A stretch of DNA of 64,000 bases from assembly GCA_976551045.1 (NCBI GenBank), contig CDPCPM010000180.1, positions 6,200,001 to 6,264,000 of the forward strand, written 5' to 3'. The position numbers and the translations under genes are program-made. Shown here piece by piece: positions 24,831 through 35,899 of the stretch. The notes under the pieces are model-generated. The model was not told the origin of the DNA, made no database searches, and worked only from the letters and a program-made list of their open reading frames with translations. Every line of letters begins with the position of its first letter. Position 1 is the stretch's first letter. This stretch comes from Glaucostegus cemiculus (Eukaryota).

Positions 24831-26760
24831 GCTGAAGAGTAATACAGCTGAAAACAAGCCCTTCAGCCCAACTCGTCCACGCCAACCAAGGTAGTTCTGT
24901 GTGGAATGTCAGCAGTTCCCTATGAAATTGCTATCATTCCTTAAGAAAGTCCAGATTCCCTGGTTACTGAGAAGAATTTGAAGAAAACAGAAGGTAATTC
25001 TTGATAAGAGCTGTAGATGGGGAATATGAAAAGAAATTGATGCCAAAATCTACTTTATATTGGGGGGGGGGGGGGTGGTGTAGTGACAGGTCTAAGGAAA
25101 CCTTAAAGGATTTCTGTGAAGTTGTAAATATTATTTAAAAAATCAGGACATGGCAGACTTACTGCATCACTATTTACCTGAGAAGAGAATTATTGCCAAA
25201 GTCAAGGTAAGCAAAATAACATCAGTAAATAAAAGAACCTGGATCAGATGGTTCCCATCCCAGTGAAAAGGAAGTTGGCATTTGCAAATTTGTCGTCTGT
25301 TGGTGAAAGCTTAAACTCATGGAACTGAAAGAAACTTGCTAATCCAGCTGGGAAATCAGCTGAGTGGTAGGAAGTGGAGAATGGGTAATGGGCAGGTATT
25401 CAAATTGACCATTTGTGAATTGTGACATCCTACAAGGATTTGTGTTCAGGCATCAACTCTTTGAATATTTATATATGACTCTGATGAAATAGGAATTTGT
25501 GTATCTGAGTTGTTAGTCATTCAAAAATACCCAAGAGGAGTGTGTGTGCATCTTGAATCATTAACACAAGACGTGCACAGAGGGACACATACACTTAAAA
25601 AAAAAATTAAATGAACAGTTAACATTTCTCATGTTAGTTGTTTCTCCCCATTGAAATCAATGGGGCTGCTGTGCTTTGGCACGGACTTACAGACACATCT
25701 TTTGCACAGAGGACTGGCAGGTCTGAGCTGCCTTGATGCACTCCCTGGGAGTCCACTGGGGCAGCAGGGGGAAGATGCCATCAGTGTCATTGCTGGACTT
25801 GGAGACCTTCTCAAAGAAAATGACAGAAGTGCTAGCAGTAGAGGAAATGCCCTATTAATTAAGAAAACAGGCAAAACTGGTAAATAGATTTCAATGAAGA
25901 CAAATTTGAGGTCATCCACTTTGGATTTGGGAATGAATAATAATAGCACTTCCTGAATGGTGACAAACTAGGAGTTAAAATTGGAAGAGACATGGAGGAG
26001 AAGGTCAATGTATCTCGATCATTAAAATATCATGAGCAAGTGCATTTGGGGGTGGGGGGGAGACAATCAAATAGGCTAATAACTACAAAGTGAGTAGTAG
26101 TTATCATATTTGCCAATTAGAACAGACCTGGAGTTCTATGAGCAGTTCTGGGTACCAGACTTGAACAATCTGTTGGTGTAGGAGGATGAGCAATACAGCC
26201 ATATCAGAATAGCAAGTGGGCTCCAAGGAGTGAGTTGCAAACTGGGAATTTTGCTTGAGGTATTAAAGGAAAACCATAAGGTAGAAGATTGAAGTATTTC
26301 CCCTGTTAGAGAAGCCTATAACAATGGGCATTAAATGAAAAATAGAGTTGGATATTTTGAAATGGAGCACTTTTACACAAAGTGCAGAAACTAACCCTTT
26401 TCTACAGTTTGCAAATGATATTAGGTCTTTTAATTTTGGAAACTAAGACTAATATATTTGTAAACTAGATATCGAAAGGGAATTGGAGAAAAATGGTTTA
26501 GCTGTTTAGTCACAGATCAGGTGGGATTGTGTTGAATAGTAGAACAGCATTTTCCCATTCATATTTGCTATTGGAATAACTAGTATTGAATTTCGAATGA
26601 GCTAGATAATGTTTGGGTTGAACTATTGGGAGGGATAGGATAATTTAATCCATTTCCTCATTGGAAAGGATAGTTGCAATGTATTGGTCAAAGGAATGTA
26701 TTGTATGCAATTTAAAGCAAAAACTACTTTGGCTGAACTTCATGTGTGCTTTCTTTCCAG

Positions 26761-26904
26761 TGTGCCGCAGGTTGGAATTGAAAATGACTTTAAGAAACTT
26801 ATCACCAAAGCCCAGGATACTAATCTCAAGTCAGAACCTGCTGTGAATGAAATTATAAATATGGAAGGTCAGAGGATTGGTCTTAACACAGAGGAAAGTC
26901 CAAG
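26761..26904 (+). CDS. OTULIN: OTULIN N-terminal-extension exon, 144 nt, phase 2-2
   Basis: ttctttccAG acceptor, AG|GTAAAA donor; open frame (S)VPQVGIENDFKKLITKAQDTNLKSEPAVNEIINMEGQRIGLNTEESP in the required phase. Confidence 0.65.
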
Positions 26905-27894
26905 GTAAAATAAACTACATTCACTTCTTTCCAGGCCTCCATAGGCAAGTTATTTCAACAAGACAGATCTTGCAGTCAGTACTTTCTTGGGCTGCTGGGA
27001 CTGTAGTTTCGCCTGGTTATCATTTCAATGGTTCTTGGTAAACTAAGTCTTTGGATAATTGAAAGTAACCTAAATTTCTTACCATATGGTTGTGTGAATT
27101 TCTTACTGATGTGGTCTTATTGTAAACATAGCTTTTGTCACTTTGTTACTGATAGATTGTACCAGCTTACTTTCATCTTTGCCTTTAGACTGCAAACTAA
27201 TTTGCATATGAATTGAATTTGTCATTGAATTTGTCATTTTTACTCCTCTAACACTTACAAATAAGTCCCTTTTATCAACTTTCAAAGTAATTTCTTGGTG
27301 TCTGACTTCACAGATAAACTATCTGCAGAATGTCCACCAGTGTGTAAAACAAAAATTAAGGAGCATATCTGAAAATAATCTCAGTCAATTCTGTGTATAA
27401 ACAGTAAGATGAACAAAAACCTTGCTTGGACTTCAACTGATCACTCTCAGGGGACAAGGGTGTATAATTGTAATTTCTGGTAGTAAATTAGTTACTACAT
27501 TAAGTAGTTTATTGCAAATCATCATTTGTTTTTTACTATGATCCAAAAAACCTGCAACAACTGAGTTGCAGAGTTTCCTTTTAGGAAGAGATGCAATTAG
27601 TGGCCATTGCTGCCAAGTAATTGAATGCAGTAAGAACTGTGACCAAAAGTCACAGTAACTTTGAGTACAAAGTGCGTCATCAAACAAATTGACCAACTCG
27701 AGGGGTTTAATTTTTTGATGTAAAACCTAGTCGATAATTAGTAAAAGGTAGCACAGTGATTAACATATTGAAAGTTCTTACCAGATTCATTTATGAAACT
27801 ACAGCACAAATGTATATTTTCTTAAAAAATATCTAATAATTGAATATTTATATTGCTCATATAATCCTAACCCTTTTATTTCTTTAAAACCTAG

Positions 27895-28119
27895 CTGTGA
27901 TATGTCGGAAAGAAACGAACAAGAGAATTATGTTTGTATCAAGGTTGTGCAGAAAAAAATGCAAACTTATGAAAGCAACCAGCAGTCGGATTCTGCATCA
28001 CAAGAATGCAAGAGTGACTTGCTATCAGAATCTGCAGAGAGAAAATACATGTATGATCTGGAAGATTCTGAAAAGCAGGCAAAAAGAGTTAAACTTTATC
28101 AATGTGATTTGAGAGAAAG
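27895..28119 (+). CDS. OTULIN: OTULIN N-terminal-extension exon, 225 nt, phase 2-2
   Basis: Pyrimidine tract plus cctAG acceptor, AG|GTGAGT consensus donor; (S)CDMSERNEQENYVCIKVVQKKMQTYESNQQSDSASQECKSDLLSESAERKYMYDLEDSEKQAKRVKLYQCDLRE. Confidence 0.7.
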
Positions 28120-28773
28120 GTGAGTTCTCTTGTTCAAGCTCTGTGACTAGATAATTAATTGCACTTTATTTTTGTAGATTGGTTTTGCTTTCCATAACCA
28201 CTTCAAAGTGACTCTGGGCTTGGTTTTGATTTTTTTCAGATTTAGAAAAAAAAATGAAAAGGCAGACGTGCTAACTGGAGATCCTTCAATCCATCTAATG
28301 TGTGTTCTGCTTGACAGGTTCAGAGACAGTGGAAATGTGGAGCTTCAAAATAACAACATGGGATCAAGTCAGCTTTGCATTCTAATTGCTGTCATGGTCT
28401 GCTTGTACCACCCACTTCTGGCAGAAGCTGGGTGTGCATTTGCTAACTCCTGCACCAGTGAGTGTCCACAATGTATCGTGCCTAATGAGTACATATGCAG
28501 TACAGACACTATTTTTGAACCTTGGAAGGCCTTATGGCATCCGAAATCCAACAGTTACTGAGTGTAATCTCATCCCCTGGTATTTAATCTGCTGAGTAAG
28601 ATTTACAATATTTTTTCCCCTTCTGTAAGGAATTCATGTTGTCTTGGCTGTAGAAATTTGGATATATCTGCTCATTCTATTTTTGCTTTACATAGGATCT
28701 GTTGATTTGAAAAATATAATTGCAATAGAATGTGGTTCCACTTTAGTGGGGGGAGAATCGTATGCTATTTAAT

Positions 28774-29015
28774 GGGCGGCACGATAGCGCAGCGGTTAGC
28801 ACGACGCTGTTACAGTGCCAGCGATCGGGGTTCGATTCCCGTTGCTGACTGTAAGTAGTTTGTACGTTCTCCCGTGTCTGCGTGGGTTTCCTCCGGGTGC
28901 TCCGGTTTCCTCCCACGTTCTAAAGACGTACGGGTAGGTTAATTTGGGGGTTTAAAATGGGTGGCACGGACTCGTTGGGCCGAAAGGGCCTGTTACCACG
29001 CTGTGAGTAAAATAA
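28774..29015 (+). mobile_element. Young V-SINE with intact Pol III A and B boxes
   Basis: TAGCGCAGCGG A box, GGTTCGATTCC B box, core gcgtgggtttcctccgggtgctccggtttcctcccacg, CR1-like tail gggccgaaagggcctgtt; many CpGs retained. Confidence 0.88.
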
Positions 29016-29175
29016 AATGTAATTTAAAACAAAATTAAGATAATGAAATATATAACTTGTGTATTAAGTTTGTATCAAGAGCCTGAGTCGCAACTGCAAG
29101 CCAGGCAAAAATAACGCTGGGTGGTGTTGTTGCATTGATATTCTTGTAATGCTAGACTGGCCTTCATGTTAACAG

Positions 29176-29451
29176 TGATCATCATGGAAAGCTTGGTCAG
29201 ACACCAGCAACACCGCTTGGGGATGAAGGCAGGGCAAAAAATTTAGAAAGTGAACAGTTGGATTGTGGAATTAAACGGATACAGAGCTACCAGCAAAGTG
29301 AAGAACCTGTCAATATAACTGCAAAAGATGTTGAACAGGCTTTTAAAGAACCAGATTCATCAGAACTGAAGGATAACCTCTTCAACAATGAAGTAGCTAT
29401 TGCTACAAATACTGATGCGCATGTGGGCTGCAGTCAGGAAGGAAATGATGG
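29176..29451 (+). CDS. OTULIN: OTULIN N-terminal-extension exon, 276 nt, phase 2-2
   Basis: ccttcatgttaacAG acceptor, GG|GTATGT donor; 92 open codons (S)DHHGKLGQTPATPLGDEGRAKNLESEQLDCGIKRIQSYQQSEEP...GCSQEGND(G) in the required phase. Confidence 0.65.
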
Positions 29452-31089
29452 GTATGTTGCAAATTGTATTTTACTTCTCCATTTACCAGGATACAAATCT
29501 CTGAAAATTTTCCAAGTTGACTCCAGATGGAGGTAATCTTTTTGAATAACAGTGTTAAATTCAATGAACATTCTTGTTTATGGTAAAACAAATATATAAA
29601 ACAAAGTCTTGATACATCTTGAACTCTATCTTAATGGTAACTGTTTACAAGTTTCCTTGACATATGAAACTAGGTCAGAAATGAGTCTATTGGCGCTGTG
29701 AGGAGAAGGGGAAATTGTCACCGTATTCATTCTTCATGTTTACCTAAACCTGTTGCATAAATGTTTTTCTATTTGCTGTGCAGTGGAATGGTTCCTGACA
29801 TTCATTTGACTTCCCACACATTGGAATATTGCTGCCCTGTCTTGACTCTCAACTAACTTGATGTACAAGTAGCTACCCGTAAAGGCACTCATTGACGGAA
29901 CTAAATGATCTTCATTTGATATAGATACAAATAATAATTTGAAGAAAAAATTGCCTATTGCTTTTATTAACAGTGAATTGTTACTAATGCACAGAAATTG
30001 TTTACAACTGCATTGAACATGCAGTTAATTCTAAAGTGGAAGCAGATGGGAAAAGAAATAGCATTTGTATGCTGCCTATCTCTGTTCCATGGATAGAAGG
30101 TGACAGAGAAACATTTCCAGTTGAGGGAATGAAAAGAGATAAACAAAACAAATGGAAAGGCTTCCCTGCTGTTATGGATGTTCAGTAAAGATTTCCATTT
30201 ATTGATGGAACAGGGAAAGCTGACCCTTGAAATTGTGGTAGGAATAAGTTATGGTCATCGTGAATTGGAACCTTGAACCTGAGTTCTAGTTGAGGTAGAA
30301 AGATACCAGGAAATGTGGCATGAGGAAAACTGAATGACTGAGGCTTTAAAGAAAAGAGGTTTGTTTGTTTTATTTTCCCCCCCTCATCCTCACTTTCGCT
30401 TGTTCCTGGAAACACCTGGTATTTGTACCTATTCTCAATAGCTGTGATACAAATCACAAGTTGGAATTCTCAAGCTTTTAAAGATGGATATAATAATATT
30501 TTACACTAGTTTTTTTTCACGTGATCCAATTCATGGTCCATAGTCACATGGGAGATGCTTTGTGGTCAGAACATCAATCAAACCTTTTTTTTAAAGAAAA
30601 CTGTATCTCTCTTTGAACCATTTCACCAGTAAATCAGGTGCTGCAGAGCTGCTGATGGCTCTCCTATATTGCTCTCCTTCCCCCACCCCCCCCCCCCCCA
30701 GCACTTCAGATATTAGTAGCTGAAAAAAGAAAAAGCCTCCAAAAAGGGTCTTCTATTCATCGTGTCTCCCTTGCCCTTCCCACTCCCCACTAGTTCAGAT
30801 AAAATCTGTCAGGCTCTACAATAGTCACTGGCATCTGTGATGTTTGCCAATGCACTATATCCTATTTTGCTGAGTGGCAAGAGGACGGAGAAAGAATAAT
30901 TGACAGGTGGGATATGACTAATGGTGTTTCACAACCATTCAACGCATTTATCTTATCAGGTAAACTAGTTTACAGAGGGCAATGTATCCAAGATTTCCTA
31001 TGATACAAGGGAGTCAGCAATGTAAACAGTATAGTTTGAACAATCAGGCTGCAGAGATTAGTAGAATAAGCAAATGAACAAAACTGTGG

Positions 31090-31900
31090 CAAGTAAAAGG
31101 ATCTGGACCTCACAGCTGAGAGTGATGAGGCATACGGGAGTGAGATCAGCTGCTTGAGTGGTGTCACAACAACCTCTCACTCAACATTAACAAGACCAAG
31201 GAATTGATTGTGGACTTCAGGAAGGGACAGCCAGGAGAATAGACTCCAGACCTCATTGGAAGGGTGTGGTCAGTGGTGGAAAGGGTGAGCAACTTCAAGT
31301 TCCTGGGTGTTAACATCTTGGAGGATCTATCTTGGGCCCAACATGTTGATGCAGTCACAAAGTGGGCCCGACAGTGGCTTTATTTCATTAGGAGCTTGTG
31401 GAGATGTGGTATGTCACCAAAGATTCTTGGAAAATTTCTCTAGATGTACGGTGGAGAGCATTCTGACTGGTTGCATCACCGCCTGGTATGGAGGCTTCAG
31501 TGCTCAGGATCAAATGAGGCTGCAGAAGGTTGTAGACTCAGCCAGCTCTACCACTGGCACAACTCTCCCTGTCATTGCGGATATCTTCCAGAGGCAGTGC
31601 CTCAAGAGGGTGGCATCGTCATTAAGGACCCTCACCATCCGGGACATAACGCCTTTGCGTTACTACCATTGGAGAGGAGGTATAGGAGCCTGAAGACCCA
31701 CGTTCATTTCAGGAACAACGTTTTTTCCCCCTCCACCATTAGATTTCTGGATGGTCCATGAACACTACCTTGTTGTTCCTCTTTTGCACTATTTATTTTT
31801 GTAACATAGTATTTTTATGTCTTTGTCTTACACTGTACTGCAGCTGCAAAACAACAAACTTCATGACACAAGTCAGTGATGATGAGCTGATCCTGAGCTG
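31090..31900 (+). mobile_element. Rex1/Babar-type LINE 3' fragment
   Basis: RCTVESILTGCITAWYGGFSAQDQMRLQKVVDSASS and IKDPHHPGHNAFALLPLERRYRSLKT; same family as the 12.3-13.8 kb copy. Confidence 0.85.
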
Positions 31901-34334
31901 ATAGGAGTGGAAGTACTGAGATCTAAAAACCACTACATTTGTGTAGATTGTTAAAATGTCATGGAAATGTACAAACAAAAATCAAGAAAGCTACTGCAAT
32001 ACTGACCTTCATCTCTGACCTTGAAAGATGCTACAGCTGTACAAAGCCTTAGAGCAAGTTATGAGCACTTAAATTGGATTATATATCTTTATGTGAAGGG
32101 AATGCACTTTTATCAGATCGATAATCAAAAACACGGCAGATGCTGAAAATTAGAAATAAAAGCAGAAAATGCTGGAAACTCTTGGCAGATCTGGTGGCTT
32201 CTGATAGTCTCAGACCTGAAATGTTAACTTTTTTTTATTGCACTGATGCTGCCTGAACTGCTCAGTGTTTCCGGTGTTTTGTGTTTTTATCAGAACACTA
32301 CCTAGTTTTCAAGGGTTAAAGTTGAAGAATTTGGAAGATTAAGGGATGATTTGATTGATACTTTAGAGATGGTAAGGAAATCTGAGGGAATGGAGAGAAA
32401 CTATTTCTGTTAAGAGATAGAAGCAAGGAAAAGGGAGTTATAACAACAATTAGGGCCAGATCTTTTGCGAGTGAAGTTAGAAAACAGTGCTACGTAACAG
32501 GTGGTTGAAGTTTGGAACTTTGGTTAGGAAAACATTCACAGGATTTAAATGCAAGTCCTAGCATCAACTGACATTTGCAAAGTTACTAAGAGTTATGGAG
32601 GAACATGACGTTGGGTTACAGACCAGCAGTGAACTTTTTGAATGATGGGCACCATATTTCTAGCTTGGACTGCAAATAGAGAATATGTGGTGCGTAGATT
32701 AAAGGTTTTGTTGTATTAAGCTGCTTTTTGAATGGGTTTGGGCCTAACGGTAACTGAAGGGTAACTGAGGTAATGTAACTTAATTCTAAGCTCTTTTGAG
32801 CTGTCCATTTGGACCAGATCCTATTTGATTTCCTTAAACACTTTTTATTTACAATGAAAACCCTACATTTTATGAACTGAAAGCAAATTAGCAGTTTAAC
32901 CCTTACAGTTCTTCAGTGGCGATTTTAGTTAAGTGTTCACTTTGAAAGATGCATAACTGGTTGACCTGTCTTTAGTTGCTACCCATCCATCTCCACTTTA
33001 CGTGTTTCTGTTGCTTTTTTAATTTTGTTTACCATGTTTTACTTTGAAGCTGTATGTTAAAAGATAATAAATTGCTGGTCTGTAACCCAACGTCATGTTC
33101 CTCCATAACTCTTAGTAACTTTGCAAATGTCAGTTGATGCTAGGACTTGCATTTAAATTAAAACACAGAAATGTAAACAATTTTTAGTTAAAAAAATCAA
33201 CATCTTTGATAATTCCACTAATTCCCTAAGTATGTTCCTTCCTTTCAACATTGTTGTTTGGAATAAGCACCTTGTGCAATGTTATGGTAGCTGTTCCTTT
33301 TATAAAAGATGCATTGTCCATTAGAACTTTTTATTCAGTGTTCTCTGTGGAATTATCACATTTTCAGAGATCCCTAACGTTCCTAGAATCATTACAGTAA
33401 AGGGGGCAGCCATTTGGCCCTTGTGTAGTCCAGCCAATCCCATACTTCAGCTCTTTCCCTACAGCTCTACAAATGTTATTCCTGTATGTATTGATCAGAC
33501 ACCCTTTTGAAAGTGATGATTGAATCTGCTTCCCCTATCTTTTTAGGCAGTGAATTCCAGACAATGACTACCTGCTGTGCATGAATATCTTTCCTCGTGT
33601 CACCCCAGGTTCTCTTGCTAGTCACCTTTAAGTGTATGATCTCTGGTTCTAAGCTGCTTTGAAAATGGAAACTGCTTCCCTTTATTCACTTTGTTTAGAC
33701 TCCTGATGACTTTTGAACACCTGTCATATCTCTTTTCAATTTTCCCTGCTCCTTGGAGAACAATCTCTTCAGTCTATCTACATTATTTAAGGCCTCTCAT
33801 TCTTGGTACCCTACTACTGAATTTTTTTCTGCATTTAACAGAAAAATCTTCAAATCCTTCTTATAATGTAGTGGCCAGAATTGGACATTATGTTTGTGGC
33901 TCAGCTATTATTATGTAGTTGTTCAACATAACCTTATGATTTGTACTATACACCTTTTTATAAAAGGCCAGGATTCTTTATGCTCTTTAAATATTTTTTC
34001 CTCTGTGCTGCCATCTTCAAAGATTTGTTACAGGTCTGCACCCAGATCTGTTTTCTTGAAGCCACTTCAGTACTCTTTTTTTTTTTTAAATATATTTTTG
34101 CTCTGCCTCATTTCTTCCTAATGAAATGCATCAAACTTCTGTGTGAAGCTTTGTGTAGTTTTTCCAGCCTGTCTATGGCTTATTGAAGTCGATCAAAGGC
34201 TGCATGATGAAAGCCACACACAGTTTTGATTCATCTCCAGATTTTGAAATGGTGCTCTGTGTACCCATGTCCTGTTTTAAACAATCGTTTGGCCACAGCT
34301 GGAGTACCACAGCCAATCCAAGATGAGAAGCTTT

Positions 34335-35545
34335 TGATTAGATTAGATTAGAATCTTTGTCATTGTACAAAAGTACAACAAAATTGTACACCGTTCCAAT
34401 CAGTGCAAAAAGAAACAACAGAAACAACAACAAAAAATAGCCTATCTAAAGATTAAAAAAAAAAGAAAATTACAAGTAACTAGACAATAAAAATATATAT
34501 ACATACACATGGGTACAAAAGGCGTGCGCCCATACCATTAAAAAAAAACATCTATGCCATTAACAAATGTGCATGTAACAGCAGTATGAATATGAATTCC
34601 AAAATTGCACAGTCCACAGTTAAAAGTAATAGATTGCACAGGATGGAATATTGCACAGTTAAATATCAGAGTTAATTTATTATTGCAACGGCCCTGGGAT
34701 ATGTGCTGTTCCTCAGTCTGTTTGTTCTGGCTTTTATTATCCTATACCACCTTCCTGAGGGTAACAGTTGGAACAGGCAATGTGCTGGGTGAGATGTGTC
34801 CTTCATGATACTACGAGCTTTTCTATGGCAGCGGGAACTGTATAACTCCTCTAAAGAGAGGAGAGCACAGCCGACGATTTTCTGTGCTATGTTGATGACC
34901 CTCTGGAGCGCTGTCTTTTCCTGGGAAGTGCAACTGGCAAACCACACTGGAATGCAGTACGCCAGTACACTTTCCACAGAGCATCTGTAGAAGGACACCA
35001 GCAGCTCCTTGGCTAAGGCATTGTTCTTCAAGACCCTCAGGAAATGGAGTCGCTGCTGTCCCTTCTTAATCAGCGCAGTGGTGTTGGTTTTCCAGGAAAG
35101 GTCATCAACCAGGAGCATGCCCAGAAACTTGAAATCTGAAACCCTCTCCACACGGTCCCCGTTGATGTATATGGGCTGAGGGTCAGATCTGTTTCTCCTG
35201 AAGTCCACTATTATTTCCTTAGTCTTTGTGGTGTTGAGGGCCAGGTTGTTATTGCTGCACCATAATGACAGTTTTTCCACCTCATGCCTGTATGCAGACT
35301 CGTCTCCCTCTCTGATGAGCCCGACCACTGTTGTGTCATCCGCAAACTTCACAATGGAATTGCTTGGGTGGGTGGGGGTGCAGTCATATGTATAGAGAGT
35401 GTACAGTAGGGGGCTCAGCACACATCCCTGTGGGGAGCCGGTGTTGAGGCTGAGTGCTGGAGAAAGGTTGGGCCCTACTTTGACTCTCTGTGGGCGGTCG
35501 TTAAGGAAATCCTTAATCCAGAGGCAGATAAGAGTGTGGGAGGCC
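34335..35545 (-). mobile_element. Rex1/Babar-clade LINE, 5'-truncated, with a 249-aa open RT C-terminal frame
   Basis: ORF 34672-35421(-) LSPLLYTLYTYDCTPTHPSNSIVKFADDTTVVGLI...LLPSGRWYR; (TCTAA)n tail at ~34335-34352. Confidence 0.92.
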
Positions 35546-35731
35546 GAGGCTATTTAACTTTTTTGGAGATGTGACTGAATACCTAGCTTGTAAATGGGGC
35601 ACCCAGGCAGTGTTAGAAATGTGGGAAGGAGGGTTCAAGAAAATACATTAATCAGCTATATAATGAAAGTATCTTTCAAGCTATGTAATTAAAAAAAATT
35701 ATGGAACAAATTATTTGATCTTCTCTTGTAG

Positions 35732-35811
35732 AGAGGAAGACCTTTACCGTGATGAAGATGAAATAGAGAAAGATAAATCTCAAAGGCTGCTTGATGAAAG
35801 CCAGTTCACAG
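35732..35811 (+). CDS. OTULIN: OTULIN exon carrying the PUB-interacting motif (HOIP-binding PIM), 80 nt, phase 2-1
   Basis: ttctcttgtAG acceptor, G|GTAATC donor; EEDLYRDEDEIEKDK matches human EEDMYRAADEIEKEK (Tyr56 PIM). Confidence 0.92.
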
Positions 35812-35899
35812 GTAATCTTGTTTCTTGCAACCAACTGCTTACCCCACAATTTTTTTTGCTGCAAACTTCCTTGTCCCAATTAATTCAGCAAGAATCGAA

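Noticed and set aside
25638-25887. 78-aa ORF as an additional OTULIN extension exon
   Set aside because: An acceptor at 25638 would enter in phase 2, but the donors I found (25721, 25880) exit in phase 1, which is incompatible with the next exon; it lies amid repeat debris.
28208-28561. 117-aa Cys-rich ORF between extension exons
   Set aside because: Non-ATG start, no recognisable domain, and no convincing phase-compatible donor identified; treated as intronic.
28774-28845. tRNA-like sequence with good A and B boxes
   Set aside because: It continues directly into the V-SINE core and tail and is multi-copy in the window, so it is a SINE head rather than a tRNA gene.
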